Positions 12,961-26,599 of a stretch of DNA of 64,000 nt are shown piece after piece. The notes under the pieces are model-generated. The model did not search any database. It was not told the origin of the DNA and saw only the letters and a program-made list of their open reading frames with translations. Positions within the stretch are counted from its first letter, which is position 1, and each line of letters begins with the position of its first letter. Where the stretch lies: assembly GCF_001194135.2 (NCBI RefSeq), contig NC_068982.1:148499774-148563773 (forward strand), read 5' to 3'. Position numbers and translations under genes: made by a program. Source of the DNA: Octopus bimaculoides. Taxonomy: Eukaryota.

Positions 12961-13736
12961 TATATCAGGGTTGTATCTTTCTACATTTTTTTCTGAGGGA
13001 TGAGATTGAGTAAGTTTGGTAGTCTGCACTGAGTTTTATGTTCTTCACACAGAAGATACCTTTTTGCAAATATTCCATTTCCATTATGTAAAAACGTTTA
13101 CGTAATAGGATTTAGATAATACTCAATAGAAGCTTATACTAAAGTGTTTAGGGTGTATTTCATATGTGTTCAGTTAACTATGTAATTAATTCCATATCAG
13201 TTCCTCTTCTGCTTCATATCAGCTAAAGATTGCTGCCATCCTCTCGAATAGCTGCAGGAAACCATGAAGTGTATTTAATTATATAAGTGTGCCAGTACTA
13301 AGCCTTACATCATCACAATCTTTTGTATATAACAACCACATATATAAATATAGATGTGTGTGTGTGTGTGTGTGCGTGTGTGTGTGTGTGCATGTGCGTG
13401 CATGTGTGTGTGTGTGTGTATGTGCGTGCATGTGTGTGTGTGTGTATGTGTGCACGTGCATGTATGTGTATGCATGATAGTCAGTTAACAGGCTTTCTGC
13501 ATTCTGAGTTCAAATCCCTCCAAGTCACATTTGTATTTTTAAACTTTCGGGCTCAATAACAGAGTGCCAGCAATTCTCTGTCTCTTTTCTGGGAGAAATT
13601 GACATATACAGATCTGGAGACAGAGAGAGGAACGGGGTTCCCTGGTATAAACTTGTTAAGGCATGCCATATGATACAATGGCACCCCTATGACTCCATTA
13701 GGCGCTGAGGGCCTCCATATATATGTATGTGTATGT

Positions 13737-14055
13737 ATCATCATTATCATCATCATCATCATTGTTTAACGTCCGCTTTCCATGCTAGCATGGGTTGAAC
13801 AATTTGACTGAGGACTGGTGGACCAGATGGCTATACCAAGCTCCAATCTGATTTGGCAGAGTTTCTACAGCTGGATGCCCTTCCTAACGCCAACCACTCT
13901 AAGAGTGTAGTGGGTGCTTTTACGTGCCACCGGCACGAAGGCCAGTCAGGAGGTACTGGCAACAGCCACGCTCGAAATGGTGTATTTTATGTGCCACCTG
14001 TACAGGAGCTAGTCCAGCGGTACTGGCAATGAACTCGCTCAAATGTCTTTTCACG
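13737..14055 (-). mobile_element. RTE-type LINE 3' end (family A), truncated by gap
   Basis: High identity to copies at 838-1270 and 60757-61110. Confidence 0.85.
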
Positions 14056-14823
14056 NNNNNNNNNNNNNNNNNNNNNNNNNNNNNNNNNNNNNNNNNNNNN
14101 NNNNNNNNNNNNNNNNNNNNNNNNNNNNNNNNNNNNNNNNNNNNNNNNNNNNNNNNNNNNNNNNNNNNNNNNNNNNNNNNNNNNNNNNNNNNNNNNNNNN
14201 NNNNNNNNNNNNNNNNNNNNNNNNNNNNNNNNNNNNNNNNNNNNNNNNNNNNNNNNNNNNNNNNNNNNNNNNNNNNNNNNNNNNNNNNNNNNNNNNNNNN
14301 NNNNNNNNNNNNNNNNNNNNNNNNNNNNNNNNNNNNNNNNNNNNNNNNNNNNNNNNNNNNNNNNNNNNNNNNNNNNNNNNNNNNNNNNNNNNNNNNNNNN
14401 NNNNNNNNNNNNNNNNNNNNNNNNNNNNNNNNNNNNNNNNNNNNNNNNNNNNNNNNNNNNNNNNNNNNNNNNNNNNNNNNNNNNNNNNNNNNNNNNNNNN
14501 NNNNNNNNNNNNNNNNNNNNNNNNNNNNNNNNNNNNNNNNNNNNNNNNNNNNNNNNNNNNNNNNNNNNNNNNNNNNNNNNNNNNNNNNNNNNNNNNNNNN
14601 NNNNNNNNNNNNNNNNNNNNNNNNNNNNNNNNNNNNNNNNNNNNNNNNNNNNNNNNNNNNNNNNNNNNNNNNNNNNNNNNNNNNNNNNNNNNNNNNNNNN
14701 NNNNNNNNNNNNNNNNNNNNNNNNNNNNNNNNNNNNNNNNNNNNNNNNNNNNNNNNNNNNNNNNNNNNNNNNNNNNNNNNNNNNNNNNNNNNNNNNNNNN
14801 NNNNNNNNNNNNNNNNNNNNNNN

Positions 14824-14880
<57 letters not shown>

Positions 14881-14894
14881 ATATATATATATAC

Positions 14895-15195
14895 AACTCT
14901 TCCAGGCCTACCAGACCTGTCTCTTTATTCTAATGGGCCTGTCTACAGTATCGTTCCACCACCACATCACCCTAGGTCTGGATGGGACTTTGCACCAGTT
15001 GCCAATTTGGTCTGTGGCACTCAACAAGCTATCCCACAAGAATTTCCAGTTGCCCTCTATGTCACAAATCTGTACCTTCTTCTTCTCATCAAATTTCTCG
15101 ATTGGGATGTCTCTAAATCTTTGACTATATGAAGGGTCTTTAAGCTTCCAAATCCTTCTTTTCCAAATTGGTCTGCTTCTTGGCATCCTTCTGGC
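14895..15195 (-). mobile_element. RTE-type LINE ORF2 fragment (endonuclease-to-RT linker)
   Basis: ARRMPRSRPIWKRRIWKLKDP...WKFLWDSLLSATDQI...RPRVMWWWNDTVDRPIRIKRQVW matches the IWKLK and P.WWN.V..I..KR..W linker motifs. Confidence 0.75.
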
Positions 15196-15198
15196 CTG

Positions 15199-15244
<46 letters not shown>

Positions 15245-15800
15245 ATGTGTGTCTGTGTGTTTGCCTGCATGTATGTATGTATGTACGTATACATGTTTGT
15301 ATCAAGAAGTGAAAGAGACATGCATCCCATCCAGTCACATCCATTTCTTTATCTTTTTTTATTAAAGCTGCACCAATATTTACTGCAAAGAAATTTCAAA
15401 CTGAAGATTATCCTCGGCATAAAAGTAGTCTTAGTCCAGCTGCATGTTTCTGATTTAGCATACATTTGTAAAGAAGCACTGGTAATATTAAACATAATCA
15501 TAAGCAAATAATCTCTTGTTTATTCAAACTTGCTATTCACAGTCAGTTATTGTACATTATGGTGGAAGTGACCAATGATAGAGCAAAATTAAATGTATGC
15601 TACTTGGAATCATCTGTCTGTCCTGGTATTCACCAAAATTTAATCTGTTAGGAATGTCGCAAAAGAATGTGGTTCAATATCTATATTTGTGTTATAGTTG
15701 CTATGCTAAGTGTATGTGAAATTCTCAACCAGCAAGCAGCGCAATATAGTCAATACATTTAGTAATGCATTTTTCACTTTTCTTCTTTATTCTTGTTATT

Positions 15801-15836
<36 letters not shown>

Positions 15837-16040
15837 TACACGTACATACAAACACACACACACATACATAAAGTGTGTGTGTGTGTATGGGAAATTATGA
15901 ATGTCATATCCAGCAATACTACTAAGTACAGTAGTAACCACACTAGTATACTGGAAGCAAACTGGATGATAATATTCTACACAGAGCACTAAACTCGCCA
16001 ATAGCAGTCATACATCTAATTGTACAAACAAAATCTGTTA

Positions 16041-16110
<70 letters not shown>

Positions 16111-16465
16111 CACACACATATACTTATTAAAATTCGATTTGGAAACATTACATCTAACAATCTAACTGTTGTCTTTTCTACTACTCTAACAAGATTTTGC
16201 TCAATACAATGATTTAATTACTGGAATTTTGTTCTTTGGGCAAAATTGAAACAGCTGTAAGAGAATATGTTGAATTTTTGCAGTTAATAAATTTCATTAA
16301 TGCTACATCTCCATTTTCTGAATTCTAATTTGAATATCTATAAACCAAGATTTATACTTAAACCTATTATTTTATGAATATTACTATTCACAAAAAAATG
16401 ATAAGCAATGAACCAGAAATTCATTGGATATTTTTATCCCCTAATGAGGCTATTCCAACCACTAT

Positions 16466-16551
16466 TTAAATAAAGGTGGCTATACACAATATAAAACCAA
16501 AAAGGAAAAGTTCAATTGTCACTAACTGTGACTGATGGTGCAGGATAGCAC
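16466..16551 (-). CDS. Possible terminal coding exon with hydrophobic C-tail (speculative)
   Basis: Acceptor ctcttatttctttcaatatag|G; phase-1 frame (G)AILHHQSQLVTIELFLFGFILCIATFI*. No upstream exon identified. Confidence 0.22.
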
Positions 16552-16856
16552 CTATATTGAAAGAAATAAGAGCCAATGACCCTTATAGCCACAAGCATAG
16601 CATATATCTATGTACTGACAAGGAAGTTAACTGCTCCATAGTGAGCAAAGGTACTATATTGGCAAGCCAATTTTGCTTGAAATTAAAGCTCATCAGTGGT
16701 ACTACTCAGTCATTGATAGTTAAGAAAAATCCTACCCACCAGTACATAGATTTTACCATAAGAATCAATGGATGGTTCAGCAAAATGTTAATTGAAAATT
16801 ATAAAATAATAAAGGTGGCTGCATATACATACATGCATACATACACATATGTGTGT

Positions 16857-16924
<68 letters not shown>

Positions 16925-16926
<2 letters not shown>

Positions 16927-17230
16927 CATCATCATCATCATTTAATGTCCACCTTCCATGCTGGCATGGGTGGGATAGTTTGACAAGAACCAGCCAGACA
17001 GAAGCCTGCACTAGACTTTTGTGACTTTTTTGGCAAGAATTTTACAGCTCGACGCCTTCCTAACACCAACCACTCAGTTGAGTGGACTTACTGCCTTTTA
17101 CATGGCACAAGCACAGGCGAGGTCAGTTTTGGTGAAGTTTTTACAGCTGGATGTCCTTCCAAATGGCAAGTACTTTATAGTGTGGACTGGGTGCTTTTAA
17201 GGGGCACCTGCACTGAGAGGGTCACCAAGT
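16925..17230 (-). mobile_element. Older RTE-type LINE 3' end (family A variant)
   Basis: (cat)n tail, tttaatgtccaccttccatgctggcatggg, and two ttttacagctggatg..cttcc blocks. Confidence 0.7.
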
Positions 17231-17619
17231 ACTTGCAAGACAGATAAAAAGGAGCTTTTTTTGAGAAGGGAGGGGGGCATTGGAGATGTGATCTTGTGTC
17301 AGATTATGACAGGTCATAGTGAGGCAGAGAGACAGAAACAGGTGTGCTGCCACAAAGAAAATACATGGCTATCCAACCTGAAGGAAGTGCAGGAGAAGGA
17401 GAGGGAGAGAGAGAGACTGAGAAACAGCAGGATAGAGATGGTGGCAAAGTGTCAGGCATACACAACGATACAGTGAGACAGGGCATCGGTGGAACATACA
17501 GGTCAGAAGCTAGTAGAGAGCAATGATACTGTGGCACAGGGCCAAGAGGACAGGATTGGGGACTGGGAGGTAAACCTAGTGCATGAAGTAGAAATGTGAG
17601 GAAGAGAAGAGATGTAGAG

Positions 17620-17915
17620 ACGTAGTTTGGTTTGCTGTGGAAGAGTGTGTGAGAAATTTTATGTTGCATGTGTTAAAGTACAATGCCACATAATTGTGAG
17701 ATATGGGCCTTGAATGCAAAGGACTTGAGGGGACTGGAAAGAAATGTGGTGAATATGCCCCATTGGATGTGTAATGTGTGTGTACTTGAAAGAATTAGTA
17801 CAAATGAACTATGTGCACATGTTATAAGAGGAAACAGATGTTTTTCAAGAAAGAAGACTGCAGTGGCATGGACATGTAATGCATATGGATAAGGACAACT
17901 GTCTATAGAGATATG
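17620..17915 (+). mobile_element. RTE-type LINE ORF2 C-terminal fragment
   Basis: ACV.ST.HNCEIWALNAKDLRGLERN..NM.HWMCNV...then QERRLQWHGHVMHMDKDNCL across a frameshift. Confidence 0.8.
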
Positions 17916-17919
17916 AAGG

Positions 17920-18070
17920 GCTTCTACTCAGTTTCTGTCAACAAAATGTATTGGTCAGCTCAAGGCTGTATGGCTATAGTAGAAGACACTTGCCCAAAGT
18001 GCCATGCAGTAGGACTGAACCTAAAACCATGTGGCTACAAAGCAAACTTCTTAACCACAAACAGCCATAC
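17920..18070 (-). mobile_element. SINE family C 5' part
   Basis: agaagacacttgcccaaagtgccatgcagtaggactgaacctaaaaccatgtgg. Confidence 0.75.
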
Positions 18071-18199
18071 TTGTTTATCATAAGCATAATTTTAAACAGT
18101 GACCCAAATTGTTTTCAAAGTGAAGCCACAATTAAAGGCCTCAACTAAAAAAGTATGTTAACTCTTTCAGAACCACTTTAAAAATTACTATTAAAATTA

Positions 18200-19315
18200 A
18201 TTGAAAGTAGAGAAGGAAATAGCTGTCTTATTCTTGTCTTTATCTCTGATTTTACTAGTCGGTGTATTTTCTGATATTAGCAGATACTTGGATACTTTTG
18301 AGTTACACACTTGACTCTCAATATCCAGAAGTTAATTAGCTGCAAGAAGAAAGAATTCGCTTAATGTGTGAATATATCTGTTTAATCTTCGACAGATTCC
18401 TTTTTTGAAATAACTGCAACTATAATTTTCTTCAAATAAATTCTCTATAAGAGATAACCAGCAATTCTATGTACAGATTCTTTAGTGTTTCTTGGTAACT
18501 TTTAGTGCAATCTATAGATCTTTAAACTTTGATGACTTTAATTGCAAGCTTTTTTAATTCAATAAACTGCATTTCAAAATCTGCAACTTCCATCCAATGA
18601 AACCGCAATGATTCAGATTTGCTTTCATCAAAGTTTTTAGATTTAATCAAAAAGTGGAATCATTATGCTTAAATAATGAAAATCTCTAAACCTTTTCAGA
18701 AAATTCTGATGTTTTAGTATTTTGATGTATTATTAAATCTCATCTATAGTGACAATGTAATGTGTTGATAGATCTTTTATGAATCTAAAATACTAAAATG
18801 TTTAAGATCCATTATCTTGTGAAAAAATGTCAGCTTAACATCAAATTATTTACAAATTTCATAAAAGTTTAATGCCATTTAACTTGGATATTCAATTTAA
18901 GCCAATACTTAAATAATATAACTGGTGATAACTTGGAGCTACTTTATCTGTTTATCTTCATTTACTTTATAGACATAGTACCAGCTATTTGTGAGTGAAA
19001 GATCAGAATGACTTAACAACATTAATAAAACTCACCCCTGTTTATTTTTTCATGTGTCAATATATTGTCATATTTGATATCTATTTTCTATATATTTTAT
19101 ATCACAATCTGTGAACAATAACTTAGTTGGTAGTAGATTTCCAATGGACCAATCATTGCTTTTCTGTTGAGGAGTATGATGAGGAATTGTAATTCATTGC
19201 AGAACAAATATCATAAGTGAATTCATTTATGAATCACCAGTTTTAGCTGTGCTGCTGATTTGTATATTTTTCAACAATGCACCTCAACGAAAGATACACA
19301 CACACATGCATGCAC

Positions 19316-19361
<46 letters not shown>

Positions 19362-20110
19362 AAACACATGGACACACACATATGCACACTCACACTCACT
19401 CTCTCACACACAAACGCATACACACACTCACACACACACACACATACACACACACTCTCTCTCTCAAACACACACACTCACACACATATGCACACACACA
19501 CACTCTCCCTCTCTCTCTCTCTCTCACGCATACACACACACACTCTCCCTCTCTCTCTCTCTCACGAACACACACACACACACACATACACACTATGCAA
19601 ACATTACAAATATTCACCGCCAGCACCAAGATGGTATATCTTTATCAAATACATAAACTAATGGTAAAGATTTCCCTCCCCTCTAGCACTATAAACAAGG
19701 ATGCATTGGGCATCAGAAGCCAATAGGAGAGTTTCTCTCATAGTATTTACTGCAGTATAGTTTGTTCCGATAGAACATCCACAATTAAGTGGAGATAAAT
19801 ATTACCTCTGTGATCTATATGTGCTGTGGTTTACTGTCAATAAATATATCCTATAAAACCCAGTGTTTGATTTACCCAGGGGCCTATACTGCTGATAAGA
19901 CAGCTCTGACAGAGACTCCTTGATACTATCATTCCAGTCCATAGCAGACTTAAGAATAGTAGTGACCAAGGGATAACTCCATATTCTCCAAAACTCATGA
20001 GATCTTAAGCTGGAGATCACCACCTTTTGTAGTTTAATAGAAATAAACTCAAGAATGTTGGAAATGCATTTGTTTGGCTTGTGGCTTATATGAATGGCTG
20101 TGTTTAACAC
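18200..20110 (-). pseudogene. Fossil hAT (SPIN/Charlie, GTF2IRD2-like) transposase, split by a compound microsatellite
   Basis: Frameshifted minus-strand pieces TTKGGDLQLKIS.VLENMELSL, LGKSNTGF, FDESKSESLRFHWMEVADFEMQFIELKK, SSKFKDL, NCWLSL and KQIYSHIKRILSSCS.LTS...ESSV.LK follow the order of hAT catalytic and dimerisation motifs. Confidence 0.6.
19295..19592. repeat. Compound (CA)n/(CT)n microsatellite
   Basis: Directly visible. Confidence 0.95.
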
Positions 20111-20130
20111 AGCTAAAATAACTATAACTA

Positions 20131-20937
20131 TCATCATCATCATCATCATCATCTTCATCATCATCATTATTTAACGTCCGTTGTCCATGCTGGCATAGGT
20201 TGGATGGTTTGACCAGGGCTGGTAAGCTGGAAGGCTGCACTAGACTCCAGTCTGATTTGGCATGGTTTCTGCAGCTGAATGCCCTTCTTAAATCTAACCA
20301 CTCCAAGAGTGTAATGGGTGCTTTTATGTGCCACCAGCATGGGTGCCATTTGCGTGACACCAATATCTGCCACAACTCCAATTTCACTTGGCTTGATGGG
20401 TCTTCTTCTCAACCACAACGTAATGCCAAGGGTCTCAGTCATTGCCTCCTTGAGGCCAAACACTTAAAGGGAGCTCACCCACTTTGCCCCAGTGAGGCCT
20501 AACACTCAAAAGGTGCTCTTTACGTGCTACCAGCATGGGTACCAGTAACGTGACACCACTGCCAGCCACAACTATGATTTCACAGCACATCGTTAAAGGT
20601 CTTGGTCATTAATCATTGTCTCCGTGAGGCCCAAAGTTCAAAGATCATGCTTCACCACCTCATCCCATGTCTTTCTGGGTCTACCGCTACCATAGGTTCC
20701 CTCCACAGTTAGAGATCAGCACTTCTTTACACAGCTGTCCTCATCTACATGCATCACGTGACCATACCAGTGCAGTCATCTCTCTTGCGCACCATATCTG
20801 ATCCCAACTTTTCTCTCAAGATGCTTACACTCTGATGAACATTGCACATCCAGCGAAGCATACTGGCTTCATTTCTTTCAAGCCTACGCATGTCCTTGGC
20901 TGGCTATTACAGCCCATGTCTCACTGCCATGTAGCAT
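20131..20937 (-). mobile_element. RTE-type LINE 3' end with ORF2 C-terminus and 3' UTR
   Basis: 20600-20937 translates in pieces to MLHGSETWAV..DMRRLERNEASMLRWMCNV...WYGHVMH.DEDSCVKKC..GRPRKTWDEVVKHDL; it continues into the family A UTR and (gat)n tail. Confidence 0.85.
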
Positions 20938-21090
20938 ACTCATAATATAATTAATATCTTTAATGTGTTTTACCAAATGTATTGTTCAAGTAACAACCAG
21001 CTTAAAATTGCAATTCTCATCATCATCGTTGTCATCATCATCATCACCATCATGGTAGAAAGAACAATAAAATCTCCTTCAAAATCACAT

Positions 21091-21490
21091 ATTCTTTTAC
21101 TTGTTTCATCCCTTTAACTGCGGCCATGCCGGAACACCACCTTTATAGTTGAGCAAATCGACCCCAGAGCTTATTCTTTGTAAGCCTAGTACTTATTCTA
21201 GCGGTCACTTTTGTCGAACCGCTAGGTTATGGGGACACAAGCATACCAGCATCAGTTGTCAAGTGATGCTGGGGGGACAAACAGACACACAAACATATGC
21301 ACACATACATATATATATATACATATATGACAAGCTTCTTCCAGTTCCCATCTACCAAATCCACTCACAAGGCTTTGGTCGGCCCGAGGCTATAGTAGAA
21401 GACACTTGCCCAAGGTGCCACGCAGTGGGACTGAACCCAGGACCGTGTGGTTGGTAAGCAAGCTACTTACCACACAGCTACTCCTGCACC
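21091..21490 (-). mobile_element. Near full-length SINE family C with internal (TA/CA) microsatellite
   Basis: tRNA-like head (ggtgcaggagtagctgtgtggtaagtagcttgc...gggttcagtcccactgcgtggcaccttgggcaagtgtc), body and ...gaaacaagtaaaagaat tail. Confidence 0.85.
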
Positions 21491-21869
21491 AATGTTTAAA
21501 AATAAAGGACAAAGTAAATAAAGTAATTTCAGAAAAAAAAAATGTCAGAAGAGAAAGCATGATCCCAGAATGCTTCTGGCCTCAGGTCTGCTCAATAATG
21601 GCTAATATAGGTCTACATAACAACAACAGATGTTAGTCAAATGAAAATCATTCTTATGACAATAATTAATGTACATAAAAATTACTTTTTATTAAAATTA
21701 ATCATAACATATTTAGCATAATAATTCATTAAAGTTGCTAATTAGAATTTTCCTCAGCTGAGTCAAAAACGTGGTCCACAATAAGAAGTCTGTTTTGATG
21801 TACGCCATTTTCTTCAAGTCTCTTCTATCTTACCCTTAACTTGACTAATGCTCTCTAAGAAAAGTTTCT

Positions 21870-22107
21870 TATTTCTTTATTGCCCACAAGGGGCTAAACA
21901 TAAAGGGGACAAACAGGGACAGACAAAGGGATTAAGTCAATTACATCGACCCCAGTGCATAACTGGTACTTAATTTATCGACCCTGAAAGGATGAAAGGC
22001 AAAGTCGACCTCGGCAGAATTTGAACTCAGAACGTAACGGCAGATGAAATACAGCTAAGCATTTCACCCAGCGTGCCAACGTTTCTGCCAGCTCGCCGCC
22101 CTAGTTT
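21870..22107 (-). mobile_element. Full-length SINE family B with 17-bp target-site duplication
   Basis: ctctaagaaaagtttct at 21853-21869 and 22108-22124 flanks the element; head ggcggcgagctggcagaaacgtt, B-box gagttcaaattc. Confidence 0.92.
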
Positions 22108-23295
22108 CTCTAAGAAAAGTTTCTGTGTAGGAAACTCAATGGAAGACTATAGTTAGCATACATGCATGGATGTGTGTGGGGGGGGGGGCATTTGTTTTTG
22201 CATTTTGTATGCATATGAGTTGGCCTTAGCTGAATAAAAACACCTTGAGGTAGTTATTTCTGTATTGGCTTTCTCTACAATATCTTATGAGATTGATATG
22301 TTATTGGAGTCAATATAATGAAATAGAAACCGTTGAAGGTGGTACTGCAGCATAACTGCAGACCAATAGCTAAATCTGATAAAAGAGTGAAAAGAATAAT
22401 ACATTTGGCTTGAAATTAATAAAGTATTTCTCTTAAAATGAAAAGTATTAAAACACAAATCCGGAAGGTTTTGGAACTTGTTTCAGAATCTTTATAAGAG
22501 AAGAAAGGATTTTCATTAAATATAAAAGATTTTGATCATGATAAATTACCTTAATAGCTCTTAGATTCTATTTCTACATAGGAATTGAATTACTATACAT
22601 TTCATGAAACTTTGATTTATTCTTATATAAGGTTATGTGAAACATTTCTTTTAAGATATTTATGCAGTAGAAAATTCCCTCATTTTGCTGGAACACCTCT
22701 TTAATCAAAATAAATCAAAAGCCATATTTCAGCTATAGGTAGAGATTGATGGAAAGTTTGATTTATTATATAAAAAAAATTCATTATTTAAAGCTCTCTG
22801 CAGCAATTGTGTTCAGATAATGTTTGCCTTATCAGGCATTGTAGTGGTCAGTTCCAGAACACAGAGGCAGAAAGAGTCAATTTATGAGGCTATTTCCAAT
22901 ATGGTTGTTTCATCAGTCATACTTACCACCTTGTATTTTGTGGAATTTTTCTTCTCTTACATATCTATGTAAGGCTTCTCCATTATCACTCAATTTCTTC
23001 AAGAAATAGCAACCAAATTACATTTGAACACTCTTCACTGTCTTGAGAAAAGAAATGCCATGTTAGATAATGCAGTCGTAGATATACACAGAAACACAGA
23101 TTGATTGCAGCTGGAAAGCCTTTCATTATTACTGCTTGAGCAAGGCTTACCTGACAGCTAAACAAGACCAACAGAGATACGAAAACAGACTGGATAATGG
23201 AAGAAAAGCAATATGGCCTGATAAACTGACCTTAATATATCACTGGTACATCATTAAACCAATGATAGAGCCTTTACATGGTATATATATGCATG

Positions 23296-23335
<40 letters not shown>

Positions 23336-24978
23336 NNNNNNNNNNNNNNNNNNNNNNNNNNNNNNNNNNNNNNNNNNNNNNNNNNNNNNNNNNNNNNNNN
23401 NNNNNNNNNNNNNNNNNNNNNNNNNNNNNNNNNNNNNNNNNNNNNNNNNNNNNNNNNNNNNNNNNNNNNNNNNNNNNNNNNNNNNNNNNNNNNNNNNNNN
23501 NNNNNNNNNNNNNNNNNNNNNNNNNNNNNNNNNNNNNNNNNNNNNNNNNNNNNNNNNNNNNNNNNNNNNNNNNNNNNNNNNNNNNNNNNNNNNNNNNNNN
23601 NNNNNNNNNNNNNNNNNNNNNNNNNNNNNNNNNNNNNNNNNNNNNNNNNNNNNNNNNNNNNNNNNNNNNNNNNNNNNNNNNNNNNNNNNNNNNNNNNNNN
23701 NNNNNNNNNNNNNNNNNNNNNNNNNNNNNNNNNNNNNNATATATATGCATACACATATATACATACAAAATGATGCTCATAATTGCACAATTGCACATTT
23801 GATACAGTCATAGAAATTAAAAAGTAAAAAGCAAAAGCAGTCATAAATGACCGCTCGGTACTTCTCAGTTAATTTACAGAGCAGCAGTCTTAAAAATGGA
23901 AAGGTATATAAGGTTTACTAATACCATTTAAGTGGAACTTGGTAGTTGGAAACTGTGAACAAGTTTATTGTATGTGTGTGTCTATATTCATATCTGTGTT
24001 TGTCTTCAAATTGGTGTTGTTTGTTTTAAAAAGTAAGATATCCTTTTATTTATGAGTATATACAATAGCCTATATGAAAGTGAAAGAATTGATAATCACT
24101 TATAATCAACTGGAAAATGGAACTAAAGAGACCTTTTCTTTTACTCAGTGATAATTAGCAATAAAATGAAAGGGAAGATGCTTCGTGTATTTTGTTTTTC
24201 ATATATTGAAGAAATGTCTGAATGTAGAACCCCACTAAACATCTGTAAGAATCATGGAGGAGATAATTGATCATGAATGTTCAATTGAGTTTCTTTGCAT
24301 CAGTGGGATTAATTTATGATTCAGGGATGTGCAATCATTTTATTTCAGTTTCTAGATTTTTAATAAAAAAAATATGTACAAATTAATCATTCGGAATTTC
24401 ACACACTGCCATTATTAGATTTAAGTTTCTGGATTTTAACAGAAAAAATTACAAACACATTATTGGAAATTTCACAAAAAAAAAATCAGGAACCTTTTAT
24501 GGCTGATTATTACCAGTTATTAATTCTTTCATTTTTTCTAGTTCTTTAACTTTCTTTGTAGCCATTTTATTTATTCAAAAATCAAAACAATGCTCTGGAA
24601 GCTATCAGGCACGTATGCTTGAAGTCCCTAATCGCAGTGCTGAAATATTAAAGCTCACCATCTAGTGACACATGTTCGGTAGAATTTTATGACAGGTATT
24701 TGATATTATAGACTGTTGTTCTGGATAATGTTTGCTTATTTATTCTTTAGCTAAGTTTATGGCTGCTTTATGAAGGATCACCAAATGCTTTTGATCTTAG
24801 ATCTGTTTGTTCAGGACTGACCAGGTACTAAGCAATAAATAAATAAATAAAATCAGCTTAACTAGTTTTCAACTCAAGAATGAAAATCACAGTCAAACGT
24901 GAAAGTATTTAACTTCAGTTCTTAGGCAGGAATAAAACATAATCAACAACAAATATAATAATAATAATAATAGTAACA

Positions 24979-25018
<40 letters not shown>

Positions 25019-25078
25019 CGAAAACTGTTGACAATGCATAGAATGCACCACCCTAAGGCAGATATAGANNNNNNNNNN

Positions 25079-25125
<47 letters not shown>

Positions 25126-25494
25126 ACCAAATGCTAATGAATGTTTTTTGTCCATTGCTCTGTCATGTCTACAAGCTCTGTTATATTTCCTTAAAATATG
25201 GAAATCAATAATCTACATAGTTTCAATTGAGCAAAATTCAAATAAGACTTTTGGTCTTACTGGTAATGCTTACAACAGAAACAATATAGCAAAAACATAA
25301 ATACAACAGCAATAGCAACAAGAGCAAAAAATAAGTAAAATACTAGCATTATCATTAGTAAAAAATATGTAAGAATAATAAGGGAATGATAGGAAAAGGG
25401 ATTGAATATGAATATGAACAGTAAAGGGAGAATAGGAGTCATGGGTGATGGGAGATAAAATGAATTGATAAACATTAATGAAATGAAAATTCCT

Positions 25495-25558
<64 letters not shown>

Positions 25559-25574
25559 TATGATAATCGACATA

Positions 25575-25924
25575 GCATGCCCCAGTGACAACAGGATCAA
25601 TGTGAAAGAAGACAGAAAAATAAACAACTATGACGATTTAAAGTGGGAAGTATGAAGGTTGTGGTCAATGAAGAGAGGAAGAGAGTAGATGTGATAACAA
25701 TAGTTATTGGTGTACTTGGAAGTATCAGCACTCAGCTACCAACATGGCTGAAAAAGATCGGTGCAAGTGTAAAGGTAGAATACCTACAAAAAAAAAAAAA
25801 AAATCTGCATTACTTGCAACTGCATGAATTCTTTGCAGGGTTTTTGAAGCATGACCAGTAAACAAGTGTCACCTTAGTCTGCCTGCTAGGACATCATACC
25901 CAGCAAAATAAGCTGTGAGTTTTC

Positions 25925-25925
<1 letters not shown>
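25575..25925 (+). mobile_element. R4/Dong-like LINE 3' fragment between (TAA)n arrays
   Basis: IACPSDNRINVKEDRKINNYDDLKWEV ... VDVITIVIGVLGSISTQLPTWLKKIGASVKVEYLQK. Confidence 0.75.
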
Positions 25926-25984
<59 letters not shown>

Positions 25985-25986
<2 letters not shown>

Positions 25987-26190
25987 GTTTCAAATTTTGG
26001 CACAAGACCAGCTATTTCAGAGAAGCTAAGTTGATTATATCAATCCCCAGTGCTCAACTGCTACTTATCGTATCAACCTTGAAAGAATGAAAGGCAAAGT
26101 CGACCTCAATAGCATTGAACCCAGAATGTGAAGACAGATGAAATGCTACTAAGCATTTTGCCCAGTGTGCTAGCAATTCTGCCAACTCCT
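25985..26190 (-). mobile_element. SINE family B
   Basis: aaattttggcacaagaccagc...gaaaggcaaagtcgacctc...cattttgcccagtgtgctagcaattctgccaactc. Confidence 0.75.
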
Positions 26191-26599
26191 TAAAAAAATA
26201 CTCGTGGCAAAATATGATATCTTGAGAGAGCTAAGCATTTCTAAACATCTAGAAATGAATGAGAGAAATCGATTACCAAAGTCTCAGAACACTAATTCAA
26301 ATTACTGTATGGTCAAAATATATTACTATGCCTTGAAGCAGCTTCTCCTTGAGACTGAGACAGATTTCACTTCATTAAACGATTTTATATACTGAACATC
26401 TATTGCTTCCATTAAAAAAATGGGTGTCAAAATAAAGAAAAAGGCTCCCAAAAAAAGCACACAAGCAGCCAAGGTGGAAAGAGCACATGAATAAGGAAAT
26501 TGAAAGCTGTTGGCAATTATTGATCTTAGATGAACTCTCCAAAGGAAATAATGTAAAGATGAGAATGGATAGAAAGATGAAATGATAGTACAATCTGAA

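Noticed and set aside
18180-19300. Toll-like receptor/LRR pseudogene on the plus strand
   Set aside because: LRR-like hints were weak and full of stops; the minus strand gives ordered hAT transposase motifs instead.
22925-23050. Minus-strand exon ending in a GTAAGT donor (FLKKLSDNGEALHRYVREEKFHKIQG)
   Set aside because: All three frames from the nearest acceptor hit stops, and the upstream part is a family D repeat.
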